Below are positions 42,761-53,753 of a stretch of DNA of 64,000 bases, piece by piece. The stretch comes from an uncultured delta proteobacterium (GTDB lineage: Bacteria; Desulfobacterota; Binatia; UBA9968): positions 192,001 through 256,000 of the forward strand of contig CAWDPO010000023.1 of assembly GCA_963804165.1 (NCBI GenBank). Direction: 5' to 3'. The notes beneath the pieces were generated by a model. It worked only from the letters and a program-made list of their open reading frames with translations, searched no databases and was not told the DNA's origin. Each line of letters begins with the position of its first letter. Position 1 is the stretch's first letter. The translations under genes and the position numbers were made by a program.

Positions 42761-42797
42761 TCGCAGTCGAGGCGTGCGTTGCACGCCTCGACTGCGA
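42761..42797. repeat. Perfect 17-bp inverted repeat (REP-like hairpin)
   Basis: TCGCAGTCGAGGCGTGC-GTT-GCACGCCTCGACTGCGA; no U tract. Confidence 0.7.
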
Positions 42798-42807
42798 TTC
42801 AGAGTGA

Positions 42808-43098
42808 TTAAACGAGCACTGGGATCAACCGATTCGTTGAGAATCGAATCAATTCGCCCTTGTCGATGATAGCGACAACGGAGCCAAACTTGACGAAGTC
42901 CCCTTCGTTGGCGCTGATTTCTCCCAGCGTGCCGTCCTCCGGCGCTTCGACTTCGACGTTGACTTTGTCGGTCTCGACTTCGAGTAGCGCCTCGCCTTTT
43001 TTCACGCTGGCGCCTGGGCTCGCGATCCAGCGTAGAATTCTTACTTCATCGCTCTCATCGCTCGAACCCAAGCGCGGAATGATCACGTTTTTCTTCAT
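42808..43098 (-). CDS. Stand-alone lipoyl/biotin carrier domain protein
   Basis: EVETDKV lipoylation motif. Confidence 0.85.
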   Translation of the reverse strand: MKKNVIIPRLGSSDESDEVRILRWIASPGASVKKGEALLEVETDKVNVEVEAPEDGTLGEISANEGDFVKFGSVVAIIDKGELIRFSTNRLIPVLV

Positions 43099-43106
43099 GC
43101 CAAATT

Positions 43107-43706
43107 CTAGAGCGAGGGCGCTTCAAAACTGTCGGCAAGGGAATTGAGCTTGAGCATCTGGCGCATGTTTTCCAGAAAGGCATGGACGTTCTTATACTGC
43201 GCCGGCACATCGTATTTCACCGCCGTGTATAAATAGTGCAATTGCGAGAAGATCGAGATGTCGGCAAGGGTCAACTTATCGAAGATGAACTTCTTACCGG
43301 CGTAGATCTGGTCAAGAGTTTTGAAATGGCTATCCCACTCCGCTTGCGCTTTCTGTTTCGCCTCCGGATTATCCGCCCGCCGCATGGCGTGGTTGGCGTG
43401 GATCAATACTTCATCGGACCAGTCTTCCAAGGCCAAGCAAAGCCCTTTGTTCGCGGCGCCGTCAGGGTAGATACTGTTCTGCGGATAATCCTTCTCCAGC
43501 CGCGCCGAGATCACCGTAGAGTCGATGACACACTCGCCGTTGTAGTTAAGCGTCGGCACCTTGCGCTGATTGGTATACTCGAGCAACGATTTGCGCTCGT
43601 CGGCGCGCACGTCGATGACTTCATAGGGCACCTTCTTCATCGCGAAGACCATCCGGACCTTTTCGCAAAACATCGAAGTTTGGGAATTGAACAGTTTGAT
43701 CGCCAT
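43107..43706 (-). CDS. Glutathione S-transferase family protein
   Basis: SMFCEKV, KVPTL, IDSTVI, TLADI. Confidence 0.9.
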   Translation of the reverse strand: MAIKLFNSQTSMFCEKVRMVFAMKKVPYEVIDVRADERKSLLEYTNQRKVPTLNYNGECVIDSTVISARLEKDYPQNSIYPDGAANKGLCLALEDWSDEVLIHANHAMRRADNPEAKQKAQAEWDSHFKTLDQIYAGKKFIFDKLTLADISIFSQLHYLYTAVKYDVPAQYKNVHAFLENMRQMLKLNSLADSFEAPSL

Positions 43707-43915
43707 AGTTATGTCCTCCTGCTAATTGCCTAATGTTATCATTGGCTATGCCAACTTTGTTCACATCTCATATCCCATGCAACAAAATCGCGCATTTCTC
43801 AACCCTGCGATCCTGTCAAGCCATCTCAAAATCTAACCGGAGCTAGGATTGACCTTGCCAGGGTTCGTGAGTATTCTCTCCGACACGATAAACCGAACGA
43901 CGCACAGAGGAAACT

Positions 43916-44128
43916 ATGGCGAAATATTTACAATGCAGTGAGTGCGGCAAGCTAGCATTCTACTACGACGACTTCGTCGGCACCGAGAAGCCCTTTTACC
44001 GGCGCTTCATGCGTTACCCGGAAGGCGAAACCAAACATGAACCGCCGCGCTGCTTTAGCTGCGGCGGCGTACCGCGCATGATCCATGAGAATATCAAGGA
44101 AGAAAAAGCCGCGGCGGCGAAGCATTGA
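43916..44128 (+). CDS. Small CxxC...CxxC protein
   Basis: CSEC and CFSC pairs; GAGGA RBS. Confidence 0.65.
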   Translation: MAKYLQCSECGKLAFYYDDFVGTEKPFYRRFMRYPEGETKHEPPRCFSCGGVPRMIHENIKEEKAAAAKH

Positions 44129-44137
44129 TCAGCCCAA

Positions 44138-46196
44138 TCAAACTGTCAGCTCACGGCCACCCCCCGCCCGCGATTTCGCTAGTAAACTCGCCAGATAGAA
44201 CATCAGGACGACCAAGAGCAGGGCTTTTGTCCCTGCGATCATGCCGAGATACTCGACAAATCCTCCGACCATAGCGCCAAGCAGGTTGCTACCGAAGGCA
44301 AAGGTAGGATCTGGGCTCCCCTTAAGGCTTAACGAAAAGATCAATCCGGCAAAGAAGATCGGCAAAGGGATCAACAAGACGCTGTAAAACAATCTCGCGT
44401 AGGGGGACGAGCCGAGCACGAGAGAATTTGGGAAAAAATACAGGAATGCCAGGGAAACCACGAGCGGCAAATAAAACCATCGATGGAATGATTTCAGCCG
44501 GGCCGCAACGACGTTTGCCAGCAGTACCATGATCAAAACGCCGAGGATGACTACCATGCTGACGAACCAGGTGGCGCCGAAGAACAACGATATTGTCGTG
44601 ATGCTCTTGGTCTCCAAGAGGAGAAACGCCGCGCCGAGAAAAAAGAAATGGAGTTCGATACCGCGGCGCTCCTTATCAAAGGTCGCGGCGATGAACAAAG
44701 TCGAAATCAGCAGCAGAGAACCGATCGTAAAAAGATAATCGACAGGTATCGATCGGCTGCGCAGGTAGAGATAGGGCCAATCGTCCAAGGCTTCTTCGGT
44801 CTCGCGCGGGGTTTTCTGGATCCTCCGGTAGGATTGCATTTCACTGGTCACCGGCGGTGAATAGCCTTTTGCTGCGAGGATAATGACTTGTCCGGTTGGT
44901 TTTGTAAAGATTAGCGGTAGGGATCCGGTGGCGGATCTAACCATCGCAATCAATCGGTCGAGCAGCCATAGATGACGGCCCGAAAAGAAGGACACGCTCA
45001 TCAGACCGCCTGGTCTGACGAGCTTGAATGCTTCCTCGAAACTCTCCCGTGTATAAACATATCCGTCTAAACGGATGCTCGACATGTGGCTCAATAGGCT
45101 TTGCGAATCCAAGAATCCGAAAACAATCATGTCGTAGGTCTTATCGTTGCGGCGGAAAAATGGTCGAGCGTCGGTATTGATCACCGTTACACGCGGGTCA
45201 TTGTATGACTGCGAGGGATTGAACTGCCTGCCTAAGTGAACAATCACCGGGTCGATTTCTAAAGCATCCACGTGAACCGCGCCTGCAAGTAGTGCCGCTT
45301 CAACGTCGACGCCGCCGCCAGAACCTACGACGAGGACGTCTCTCGCCGCCGGACGAAATTTATAGGGCAGCATATATTGCTCGTTGAGCTCGGTTGCCTT
45401 AGCCCGGTTTGCGTATCGGCGCAAATCGATCGTCCCGTTCCTCATGTAAAAATCGCCATTCACTTGGACGATATAAGATGGTGGATCGCGCAACGCGCCG
45501 ATGTTTTCCGGCGGTACAGACACGGACTTAAGCGATCCGTTGGTCTCCAACTCTTGTATCGTGATGAAATTATACGGCGACCAGATGGCGCCGTTCTCAA
45601 CTCGAGCCGTCAAAACCGCGAGGGTTACCGCGAAAAAAAGCGCGCTCCGGATCAGCTGGCGTCTATCAGCGCAAAAAAATAAGGATCCAACCATGACGAG
45701 GGAGAACCCTAAGATCGGTGAAAACCACGAATATGAGAACAGTCCAAAAAGTACAGTCCCCGCAATTGCACCGCCGATGTCCCACGTGTATGCCCGCAAG
45801 GGCGTGATCCGCGAAAAGTAATTCCCGATGATCTCACCGAGCGGCAAGAACAACAAACCGTTGAGCGCGAAGATCGCTAGGATCGGTAGCGTGGTCGAAC
45901 TCGTTCCGGCGGTAAACAAGAAACGAAATTCATCCGGGCCTTGTTGAAAGCTGACCCCTTTCAACGTGGCGATTACAGCCACAAGTCCGCACAGAAACGG
46001 CGCGAACAATCGACTGAGGCGAAGTCCTCGTTTGGCCAGCAGCGCTCCACTCCCGAGCCCGAGAAACGACGAGAGCAGCATCAGATTCCCGTAGTACGCG
46101 ACCACACGAACTTGGGACAGGAACCCATCGAATCAACAGGAGTTCAAGGAACAGAGAAAGAAACGAAGCCAGAAACAGATACAGTTTGGGCGACAA
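44138..46196 (-). CDS. Membrane-bound spermidine synthase-like methyltransferase (N-terminal frameshift)
   Basis: LFLELLLIRW, WSPY, VVGSGGGVD, EIDP, DDWPYLY, LLETKS. Confidence 0.82.
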
Positions 46197-46584
46197 GAGC
46201 CGGACCCCTAGTGTCGGATGATCAATGGCGGGAGGTGCAGTTATTGGCCGTGGACAAAGTTTTGTTTGCTCGCGGCCACTACACGAAGTCGCTTATTCCT
46301 CTACGGCTTAGAATTTTACTTCGACCGCCGGATCGCCATTCCCTAATATGAAGTTTCAAACGGCAGCACCCCACCGCCGCGGATGTTCTATTTTACATTC
46401 AATTCACGTGAAGCTGATAGATAAATAATTTGGAACTCAGGGGAGTAACTTACGAAGCGACAACCCATTCCACAATCTTAGCTTCCATCTTAGCTTCCAT
46501 GCGTACCCGACCTAAAGAGTGTCGAGAATTGTTCCGGGTTTTTGGCGGCTGTTTCGGCTTTTGCGCAATCCTTGCTATCGCCCC

Positions 46585-46893
46585 TCAGAGATCGCACGTA
46601 AGATGTTCCTGCACGACCTCCGGCGGGCAGAGCCGAAGAAAAAGTTTCAGCCCAGCCAGCATGACGGCTAGGTCGTCCATTTGCCCAACGCCGATGAGAA
46701 AATCAGGCAGCAAATCCGTCGGCAAAATTACGTAGGCCAGAATTCCCACGATGATCAGCTTGGGACTCGCCGATACCCGTGGGTCTTTGATCAAGCGCGA
46801 GAAGAGTTTGGTGAAACTCGGTAGGTGGGTGAGCAGCTGAAAGAAGCCGCGCCAGCCAAACTGGCGGATGATCCCCGTCGGTTTCAATGCCAT
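46585..46893 (-). CDS. DUF1232/YkvA family membrane protein
   Basis: YVILPTDLLPDF..GQMDD. Confidence 0.85.
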   Translation of the reverse strand: MALKPTGIIRQFGWRGFFQLLTHLPSFTKLFSRLIKDPRVSASPKLIIVGILAYVILPTDLLPDFLIGVGQMDDLAVMLAGLKLFLRLCPPEVVQEHLTCDL

Positions 46894-46973
46894 ACTTCTG
46901 ACCTCCGTCAGTGAACAGGCACTGGCGAACGCCACCCTTTCACACGAAAGCTGGCATGAACATCGATGCGAGT

Positions 46974-48167
46974 CTAGTGTTTCTCCAAAACTCCCACCGG
47001 ATTGCCGCGCGAAAACAGCCCAATCACGCCCGCGCGGCAATCTTTCTTTGCTATGACCAAAGCCATCGCGAGGAAAATATAGAGGAAAGAATAGTAGAAA
47101 CGGAATTGCGGGTCGGGAAATAGCAATTGCGTCGAGAACAGCAGAAAAATAACCGCCGCTTCGAAAAGCGAAAAGGACAGATTGGCGAGAATTGCCACGG
47201 CGAACAAAGACTGCGCCGCGGTCAAAAACATCTCTTCAATTTGGCGTTGATCCATGACCATAGGTGCCATGCTTCCGCCGGAGATCATGAAAACCACCGG
47301 CAGCATGCCGATCAGCAACGTCCATTGATTGACCTTCGACGACAGCAAAGCTCCCATGGCCGTGCCGGGTTGCGCTTTCAGCGCGAACAAGATCGCGACA
47401 ATGAACTCCGGAGACTCGGAGGCCAATGGCGCTAGCCACTGAACCAGGACGAATTCCTCGATGCCGAACGTACGGCCGGTAGCCAAGAGTCCTTCGGCGA
47501 AAGGTTCCGCCGCGATAAAAATCGTAAATCCGGAATACAAGAAGAACAGCACGGTGAACAGCCGTCGTGCACCTTCACCCCAGCCTTCGATCATCGCCGG
47601 CGGCCCTTCTAGCTCAGTCTCCACATGCTCGGCCTTGGACGCGGCGCGCATGTAGAGAACGAAAATCGCGATGAAGACGACCGCATCCATCAAATCGAGA
47701 CGCCCTCTGATGGGAATCAGAAACGAGTAAACCGTCGCCAGGCCCAAATATAAAATTTCACTCCTATGGCCAGGTTCGAGTTGGATGGATTTTTTTCCGG
47801 TCTTAAGAAAATAAGTCAGCACCACGGCCGCCCAACCGACACCGATCAACAAGCGGTTGGCGCCGGTCATGTTCGCCATCGCGAATGCCGTGTATTTCGG
47901 GTCTTTACCGGCCTGCCAAGCGAAATACATATCGACTGCGTACTCAGGAAGTACCGCGATCAACGCGAGCAGCGCGATCGCTAAAGCTTGGGGATATCTT
48001 TCTGCGCCAGTTCGGCGGCCCATGAAAGCATGAACGCCGCGCCAAAAATCGCCACGCCGGAGCTAAGCGCCATCCAATGCGGCGGCGGATGTCCGCCTGA
48101 CAAAGTGGATAACTATCCATTGTAAGCAGAGTAATGCCGATGAACCGATCCAGAGCCAATTCGCCAT
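46974..48167 (-). CDS. Sodium:calcium antiporter family protein (N-terminal frameshifts)
   Basis: Alpha repeats AVLPEY..ANMTGAN and ASESPE..SSKVNQ. Confidence 0.85.
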
Positions 48168-48250
48168 CCGTTCCTCCGCGCGACAATCACATGATCGACA
48201 ATAACTCCCGTCCCTATTTTCATAGCCAATAGTGGAAGTCAATGCCCAAA

Positions 48251-48301
48251 TAAAAAGGGCGGGGTGATGCCCGCCCTTTCTTGAATTTGGTGGAGGCAGC
48301 G
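48251..48301 (-). other. Displaced tmRNA-like 3' end with its terminator (probable island att boundary)
   Basis: Minus strand CGCTGCCTCCACCA, then hairpin AAAGGGCGGG/CCCGCCCTTT and a T tract; no RNA gene body upstream. Confidence 0.6.
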
Positions 48302-48670
48302 ACACAGTGTAAAGAACCACTGTGCACTCTTTCCTTCCGCTTCTTATAATGTGGCGGCATCAATCCTGTTTAGAATGGAAACTTTCCGGAAACAGCCATA
48401 CCACGTTGGCGAAAATGCAGCGATTCCGTTGGGGCAAATAACGGCCAATCAGTAGGTCCGGGGTCGCAAATCACAGCGCAATTTCTTAAAATTCTCCTCG
48501 CTTTAATCCACGGGCACATCTGATTACGAATCGCGGTCAGCCTGCGAAACCAACCAAGAAGACCCAAACATTCCCGAAGGAATCGGTTGATATAGTGACT
48601 CGGTTTCCGGGTCTGTTTGGGTCTCTTGGGAAGCACTTCACGGACAAAAGGCGGACATTCCTTCCGTTTG

Positions 48671-48700
48671 ATTGAAGGAGAATTCAATTCAATCCTAGCG
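48671..48700 (+). repeat. Cassette site S1 (right half)
   Basis: ATTGAAGGAGA-ATTCAATTCAATCCTAGCG, 10 nt from an SBP stop codon. Confidence 0.8.
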
Positions 48701-48710
48701 TCGCAACCGG

Positions 48711-49420
48711 TTACTTGATCACTCTATCTGCTCGCGCGAGCACGTTCGGCGGAATCGTCAGGCCGATTTGCTTGGCAGCTTTGAGATTTATGATGAACTC
48801 GAACTTCTTCGGCTGTTCGCTTAGCGCCTTTCTTGTCGACGTAGGTTGCGGAGCGGCGAAACAAGTCGCTAACGTTCACGCCGTAGGTCATGAGCCCACC
48901 AGCTTCCACATAGTCCGCCACGTTGTATATCGCTGGAAGCCGAGTCCTTACTGCAAGTTCGACAACCTGTTTTCGCTCAGAATTGAGCACAGGACCCCCC
49001 AGCGCGAGGACAGCCTCAGCACGCCCCTTGCTTGCGGCCCGGAAGGCAGCCTCAATATCCCTGCCATCTAGTACGTCTAGGTATTGAAGCTTCACCTTGA
49101 ACGCCCCTGCGGCGAATTCCGTTTCTTTCAACGACTGTGCTTGGCCTGGGATGGTTGAAGTCCCGAGGATGGCCACGCGGGAGAGGCTGGGAACAGTCTC
49201 CTTCAAAAGCTCCAGTTGTTTTCCGCTTATCTCTGGGCGAAGAGTTGACAGTCCAGTGATGTTCCCACCAGGACGTCATGACGATGGGAATCGTAACAGT
49301 CGCTTCCTTGGCAGCACGGGTTACTGACGGAGCAGCCGTGACGATGACATCCACCTTGAGACGCACTAGCTCCGCCGCGAGCGCGGGGAAGCGATCGAGT
49401 TTTTCCCCTGCAGTCGGTAC
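48711..49420 (-). pseudogene. ABC substrate-binding protein (PF04392-like) pseudogene
   Basis: LAAELVRLKVDVIV, GGLMTYG and [20 protein letters not shown] fragments; internal deletions; no N-terminus. Confidence 0.88.
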
Positions 49421-49536
49421 GCTTGGCAGTCGCCTCTTTTTGCAACTGATAGCGCAAGAGGCTTAGCCTCGATAACTCGGTTTTGAATGTTCTCAGCCCG
49501 GGGGTTGGCGGCCTGTTCGCGCGCAAGCGCTTGTTA

Positions 49537-49908
49537 TTATAGCTCAGCGCGAATAAATTTATCGATTTTTGCTTTAATTATCTCTAACGAGATCGGCTTT
49601 TCCAAGTAATCGACCATTCCCGCGTCTAAAGCCTCTTCCCGAGCGTGGCATCCAAGAAAATCGCTGCAACCAATGATCGGTATGTGAGTGGTTATTGAAT
49701 TGCTTCTCACTGCGCGGGCTACGTCGGCGCCTTTCATATCCGGAAGATCAATATCCAACAAGATAAGCGTTGGCTTACCGGAAATAGCTAGTTTCATTGC
49801 CTCTGCGCCGCTCGCGGCTTGTGCGACTTCGTAGCCACAACCATGGAGCATCAACGTCAGGATTTCTCTTAGATGTAGATTGCCGTCGACGATAAGGATC
49901 TTCGGCAT
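49537..49908 (-). CDS. Response regulator receiver (DivK-like)
   Basis: ILIVDG, LDIDLP, KPI. Confidence 0.85.
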   Translation of the reverse strand: MPKILIVDGNLHLREILTLMLHGCGYEVAQAASGAEAMKLAISGKPTLILLDIDLPDMKGADVARAVRSNSITTHIPIIGCSDFLGCHAREEALDAGMVDYLEKPISLEIIKAKIDKFIRAEL

Positions 49909-50119
49909 ATTGTGGCGGAGTCAAGTTTAGAGAAAGATCCATTGGGGCGCAACGCGGAAATTTTCTCATAATCACAGCACTGCAAAAGGGCGTTTCCAAT
50001 TTTGCTCTCTAGGAAACTCAAAGGCGCAATTACGGATTTAATGGAGCGGAAGCGATCTAGTTAAAGAATCATCGGCAACGCCAGTGCGCTGAATCGCCGG
50101 GCCGCCCGGAGCACTGTTT

Positions 50120-50662
50120 TTAACGAAGAGATCGCCCCGGCCGAATAGCAGGATTGGTCGACGAGCTTCGGTGTGATCGATGAAATCTGTTAAGCAATCC
50201 GAACTCTTGCAGCTTTCTAGAAGTGAAGGTTCGGGACTCGCTCTGCCCGTCCGCTTGCTGGTAATCCACCGCGACGGAATCGGGAGTCCAGAAAATATGA
50301 AATGCGTTGGCCCCCGCTCTATCAAAGTGATCGCCTAAGCTACGCATGAGTTGCGACAGCTTACTTGAGACCTGGGTTTGTGAAGAAGAATGGTTTCGTC
50401 TTTGCTTTTGCCATTGCGCCTCCAGTCGGGAAATAACAGCGGAGCTGAAGCGGAAGGCGCTGCCACTCGACGAGGAGCGATGACCAAAGTTTTCGCTCAA
50501 AAAGCCTTCGCTCGTTGCGTTTCGTAAAATCCACTCACTCGACGGGCTCAGAGCATCGCTACTAACAAGGTAGTCGTGGCCATCTTTCTCAAGTTCAAAG
50601 GTTGCAATCCTGGCAGCTTCTAGCGACTGGCCAATGACTCTCAACGATCTAGCATGGGTCAT
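50120..50662 (-). CDS. Hypothetical protein, paralogue of 50787-51194
   Basis: MTHARSLRVIGQSLE...LSQLMRSLGDH. Confidence 0.7.
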   Translation of the reverse strand: MTHARSLRVIGQSLEAARIATFELEKDGHDYLVSSDALSPSSEWILRNATSEGFLSENFGHRSSSSGSAFRFSSAVISRLEAQWQKQRRNHSSSQTQVSSKLSQLMRSLGDHFDRAGANAFHIFWTPDSVAVDYQQADGQSESRTFTSRKLQEFGLLNRFHRSHRSSSTNPAIRPGRSLR

Positions 50663-50786
50663 ATATGAGTTTTATTTGAATTGTAGGGGTCAGTGCAACA
50701 GCTATCGCGTCCGGAAAGACGCTGCAAGCAACTTAGGTGATTCTTATTCTTTGTTATCGTCTCTAGGCGACATTTATGCAAGGGGA

Positions 50787-51194
50787 TTAGACTGTGGCTG
50801 ATGGGATTGTCCAACCGAGCTCCTGCAGCTCTTTAGCCTTGAATGTTCGGCTCTCGCTTGGTCCAACGGGTCTTTGGTAATTCACTAAAACCGAGTGAGA
50901 CATCCAGGAAATGTGAAAGGCGCGTGTTCCGGCGTCGTCAAGATGATCGCCTAAATTGCGAAGCATTTGAGAGAGTCTATTCGCTTGCGTGCGTGAAAGA
51001 GAATGACGTTCTCTTTGTTTTTGCCCCTGGGTATCAAGCCGCGAGATATGGGCTGAACTGAGACGCACCAACCGATGAGTCAACGAATTGCTGAGCACAA
51101 GATAATTGTCGCCGCTATTCTCGATCTGAAAGTTCGTGACCCGAGCTGCCTCAAGTGATTGTCCGATTGCTCTCAGTGACTTTGCGTGATGCAT
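50787..51194 (-). CDS. Hypothetical protein, paralogue of 50120-50662
   Basis: MHHAKSLRAIGQSLE...LSQMLRNLGDH; GAGGGG RBS. Confidence 0.7.
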   Translation of the reverse strand: MHHAKSLRAIGQSLEAARVTNFQIENSGDNYLVLSNSLTHRLVRLSSAHISRLDTQGQKQRERHSLSRTQANRLSQMLRNLGDHLDDAGTRAFHISWMSHSVLVNYQRPVGPSESRTFKAKELQELGWTIPSATV

Positions 51195-51554
51195 TTTCGA
51201 TCCCCCTCGTGTGCGTGATGGCAAATTTCTGCGTGACCGCCAATCGCGCCTCCCCGACGGTAGTCAAAGCGAGTGAACCAATCGAATACCAGGTGTAAGA
51301 AACCATGTCGACAACTTTGTCCATCTTGTGAATATATTCTCCAACTTTTCTCAAAATGAGCGGATTATCCGAGCGCACGTGGCATGTTTTGAGTGTCCCA
51401 TCCAGCATTTGCCTATCGATGTAAGTCAAAACCAGCGAATTAGGACGCGAAACAGGGGTAGTATGCTGTTATGAGAATAAAGACTGAGACGAGGCTGTCA
51501 TGAAGCAGTGAAAGAATTGTTTAGGCGAAAAACGTGCAGCCGGAGGGATCAGTC

Positions 51555-51821
51555 CTAGAAACGTTGACTTCGGTCGGAGCGCAGGAGAGCGCCACAGTGA
51601 TGGCACTTAGATGTTCGGTAGTTGATTCGCTCGGAACAACGCGGACATTTAAATGCTTTTGGCGCGCGCCTCATCGCCCATGCCGCGAAAACGAAAATTG
51701 CACCCGCCGAGAACAGGACCGGACGGACTTCCTCGTGGTCGGCGATCACCGAGGCGGCGAAAACCATCAAGATTCCCAGGACAACGAAGACCCACGGGAC
51801 AAGAGTTGGAATCGTATGCAC
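51555..51821 (-). CDS. Small membrane protein with C-terminal zinc ribbon
   Basis: Two TM segments, then CPRC..CHHC. Confidence 0.5.
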   Translation of the reverse strand: MHTIPTLVPWVFVVLGILMVFAASVIADHEEVRPVLFSAGAIFVFAAWAMRRAPKAFKCPRCSERINYRTSKCHHCGALLRSDRSQRF

Positions 51822-52315
51822 CGAGGTCTTTGTACTAACGCGATTTGTTGTTTACAACTGTTTTCTTCCAAGCAGCCGCCCACCGATGACGATCACCAGA
51901 AAAGCCGCACTCACCGCGAATAGTAGATTGACGCCTAGGCCGAATGGCGCTAGCCAACCAACGATGAATACCACGACGCAGGCGACGAAAAGTAGCAGGT
52001 AAAATCGAAGCGCGTAGGGCATGAGGCTGGCTCATATCGCTGACCACATCGGACTGCAATCTCACGCTGTTCAAATCCGATGAGGTTTTCTAACTCGCCG
52101 ACAACCCTTTGGCGATTTTTCCCTCTATCACGAAAAACGCCTGTGGTTAGGGAAAGCCGTCTTACGCGTCTGAGTCTTTCGTTCACTAAATGCTTGATTC
52201 AGCCGTTTTGCTCCGCCCACGCTACCGCAAAGGGGCACGCGTTTCCTTACTTTATCCCGAAAATCCTTCTGGCATATCTATTGCGCTTTTGAAGGGACAA
52301 GGAGAGACATCATAG

Positions 52316-53278
52316 ATGCGAAAATCGGCGGAGAAAACTATCTTCCTGGAACCGATGTACGCCCTCGCGGTTCGCAATCTCCCCGAAGGAGAGGACTGGC
52401 AGTACGAGATAAAACTTGACGGCTATCGGTGTATCGCCGCCCATGACTCCACCGGAGTAAAGTTGTGGTCGCGCAGCGGGAATTTATTAACAGCTCAATT
52501 CCCGGCGATCGCACAAGTCTGCCAGGTGCTTCCCCGGGGCACGGTCGTCGACGGCGAGATCGTCTCCCTCGACGAGAACGGCCTGACGTCATTCAATCTA
52601 TTACAGCGCCACCGCTCGGAGGCATCGGCGATTCGTTACTATTTGTTCGATTTGCTTGTTGACCGCAGCGAAAGCTGGCTAAATGTCCCGCTCGCGGATC
52701 GGCGCGCCGCACTCGCCACAAAAGTCCGCCGGACCCTGCAACCTCCTTTATTAATCTCGGAAACGATCGAGGCGCCCGGCGATCAACTGATTCAGTCGGC
52801 GAAAACCCTCGGCTTCGAGGGCATTATCGCAAAGCGTTTGAACTCCCTATACGAATCGGGAAAGCGCAGCGGAGCCTGGGTCAAATATAAGATCAACAAA
52901 GGACAAGAGTTCGTGATCGGCGGCTTTACACCCGGCAATCCGTTCGACGCCGTCATCGTCGGATATTACCAGGACGGTAAGTTATTCTACGCGGGAAAAG
53001 TTCGTGCCGGCTTTGTGCCGCACGTCAGGCGCGAGGTGATGGCGAAGATGAAAGCATTGAGAATCGACACTTGCCCTTTTGCCAATCTACCGGAGAAACG
53101 ACGTACGCAGTGGGCGCTCACCCGCGAGGAAATGAAAGACTGCGTATGGCTCGAGCCGGAACTCGTCGCCCAGATTGAGTTCACCGAATGGACTCCAGAC
53201 GGGCATCTGAGACACGCGAGTTTCATCGGCCTTCGCACCGACAAGCGCGCGCGGGAAATTGTACGAGAGCCCGGTTAA
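52316..53278 (+). CDS. ligD: ATP-dependent DNA ligase (LigD ligase domain)
   Basis: EIKLDGYR, DGEIV, EGIIAKR, WVKYK, EFVIGG, LRHASF. Confidence 0.92.
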   Translation: MRKSAEKTIFLEPMYALAVRNLPEGEDWQYEIKLDGYRCIAAHDSTGVKLWSRSGNLLTAQFPAIAQVCQVLPRGTVVDGEIVSLDENGLTSFNLLQRHRSEASAIRYYLFDLLVDRSESWLNVPLADRRAALATKVRRTLQPPLLISETIEAPGDQLIQSAKTLGFEGIIAKRLNSLYESGKRSGAWVKYKINKGQEFVIGGFTPGNPFDAVIVGYYQDGKLFYAGKVRAGFVPHVRREVMAKMKALRIDTCPFANLPEKRRTQWALTREEMKDCVWLEPELVAQIEFTEWTPDGHLRHASFIGLRTDKRAREIVREPG

Positions 53279-53354
53279 ACTCGATGCAATCTCATCCCGA
53301 ATTTCCTCGTTCTGGCAAATTGCCGGAACCACGCGCTTTCTGCATGTCGGATTT

Positions 53355-53753
53355 TTACCTCGATCTAAACTCCCAGGGCGCCGGTATCCTCGCAACCTCG
53401 GCATTCAAGCGGTCGATCTCTGCCTTGATCTTTTCATCCTTGGTTCGGAGGTATTGCGTGCCAAGCCGGCCAAGGCGTTGATCGATTGCATAGCGGACGG
53501 CGTCATGAATGCCGCCAAAGTTAACGCGGAGATTCTGCTGCTGGCCCTCGCCATCGTCATTGAGGCCAAAGGGTTGCGGGATGCGATCAAGGTGATGTCG
53601 AAACGCTTCCGCGTCCCATCGTGTATCGATGTAGCGCTCGATCGTGTCTGCCGCCTCGTTAACCTCGGGTGTATCGATGCGGCGCTCATTGCAACCGAGC
53701 GTAGCGTCTTCAAGTATCTTGAGGGCTTCAAGGACTCGCACACACGATTGCAT
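53355..53753 (-). CDS. Hypothetical protein
   Basis: 132 aa ORF with plausible composition; overlapping alternative ORFs exist. Confidence 0.4.
   Translation of the reverse strand: MQSCVRVLEALKILEDATLGCNERRIDTPEVNEAADTIERYIDTRWDAEAFRHHLDRIPQPFGLNDDGEGQQQNLRVNFGGIHDAVRYAIDQRLGRLGTQYLRTKDEKIKAEIDRLNAEVARIPAPWEFRSR

Noticed and set aside
46482-46501. Short tandem repeat ATCTTAGCTTCC x2 nearby
   Set aside because: Only two copies in intergenic DNA, with no supporting context.
9973-48167. Many frameshifted genes (tonB, hemP, receptor, pilW, GT4s, wzm, wzt, antiporter) as pseudogenes or programmed frameshifts
   Set aside because: The single-base shifts are scattered across unrelated, otherwise intact genes, some in homopolymer runs. 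Sequencing or assembly error is more likely; read data are needed to confirm.
48288-48320. Complete tRNA or tmRNA gene
   Set aside because: Only about 14 nt of 3' end is present; there is no intact T-arm or gene body.
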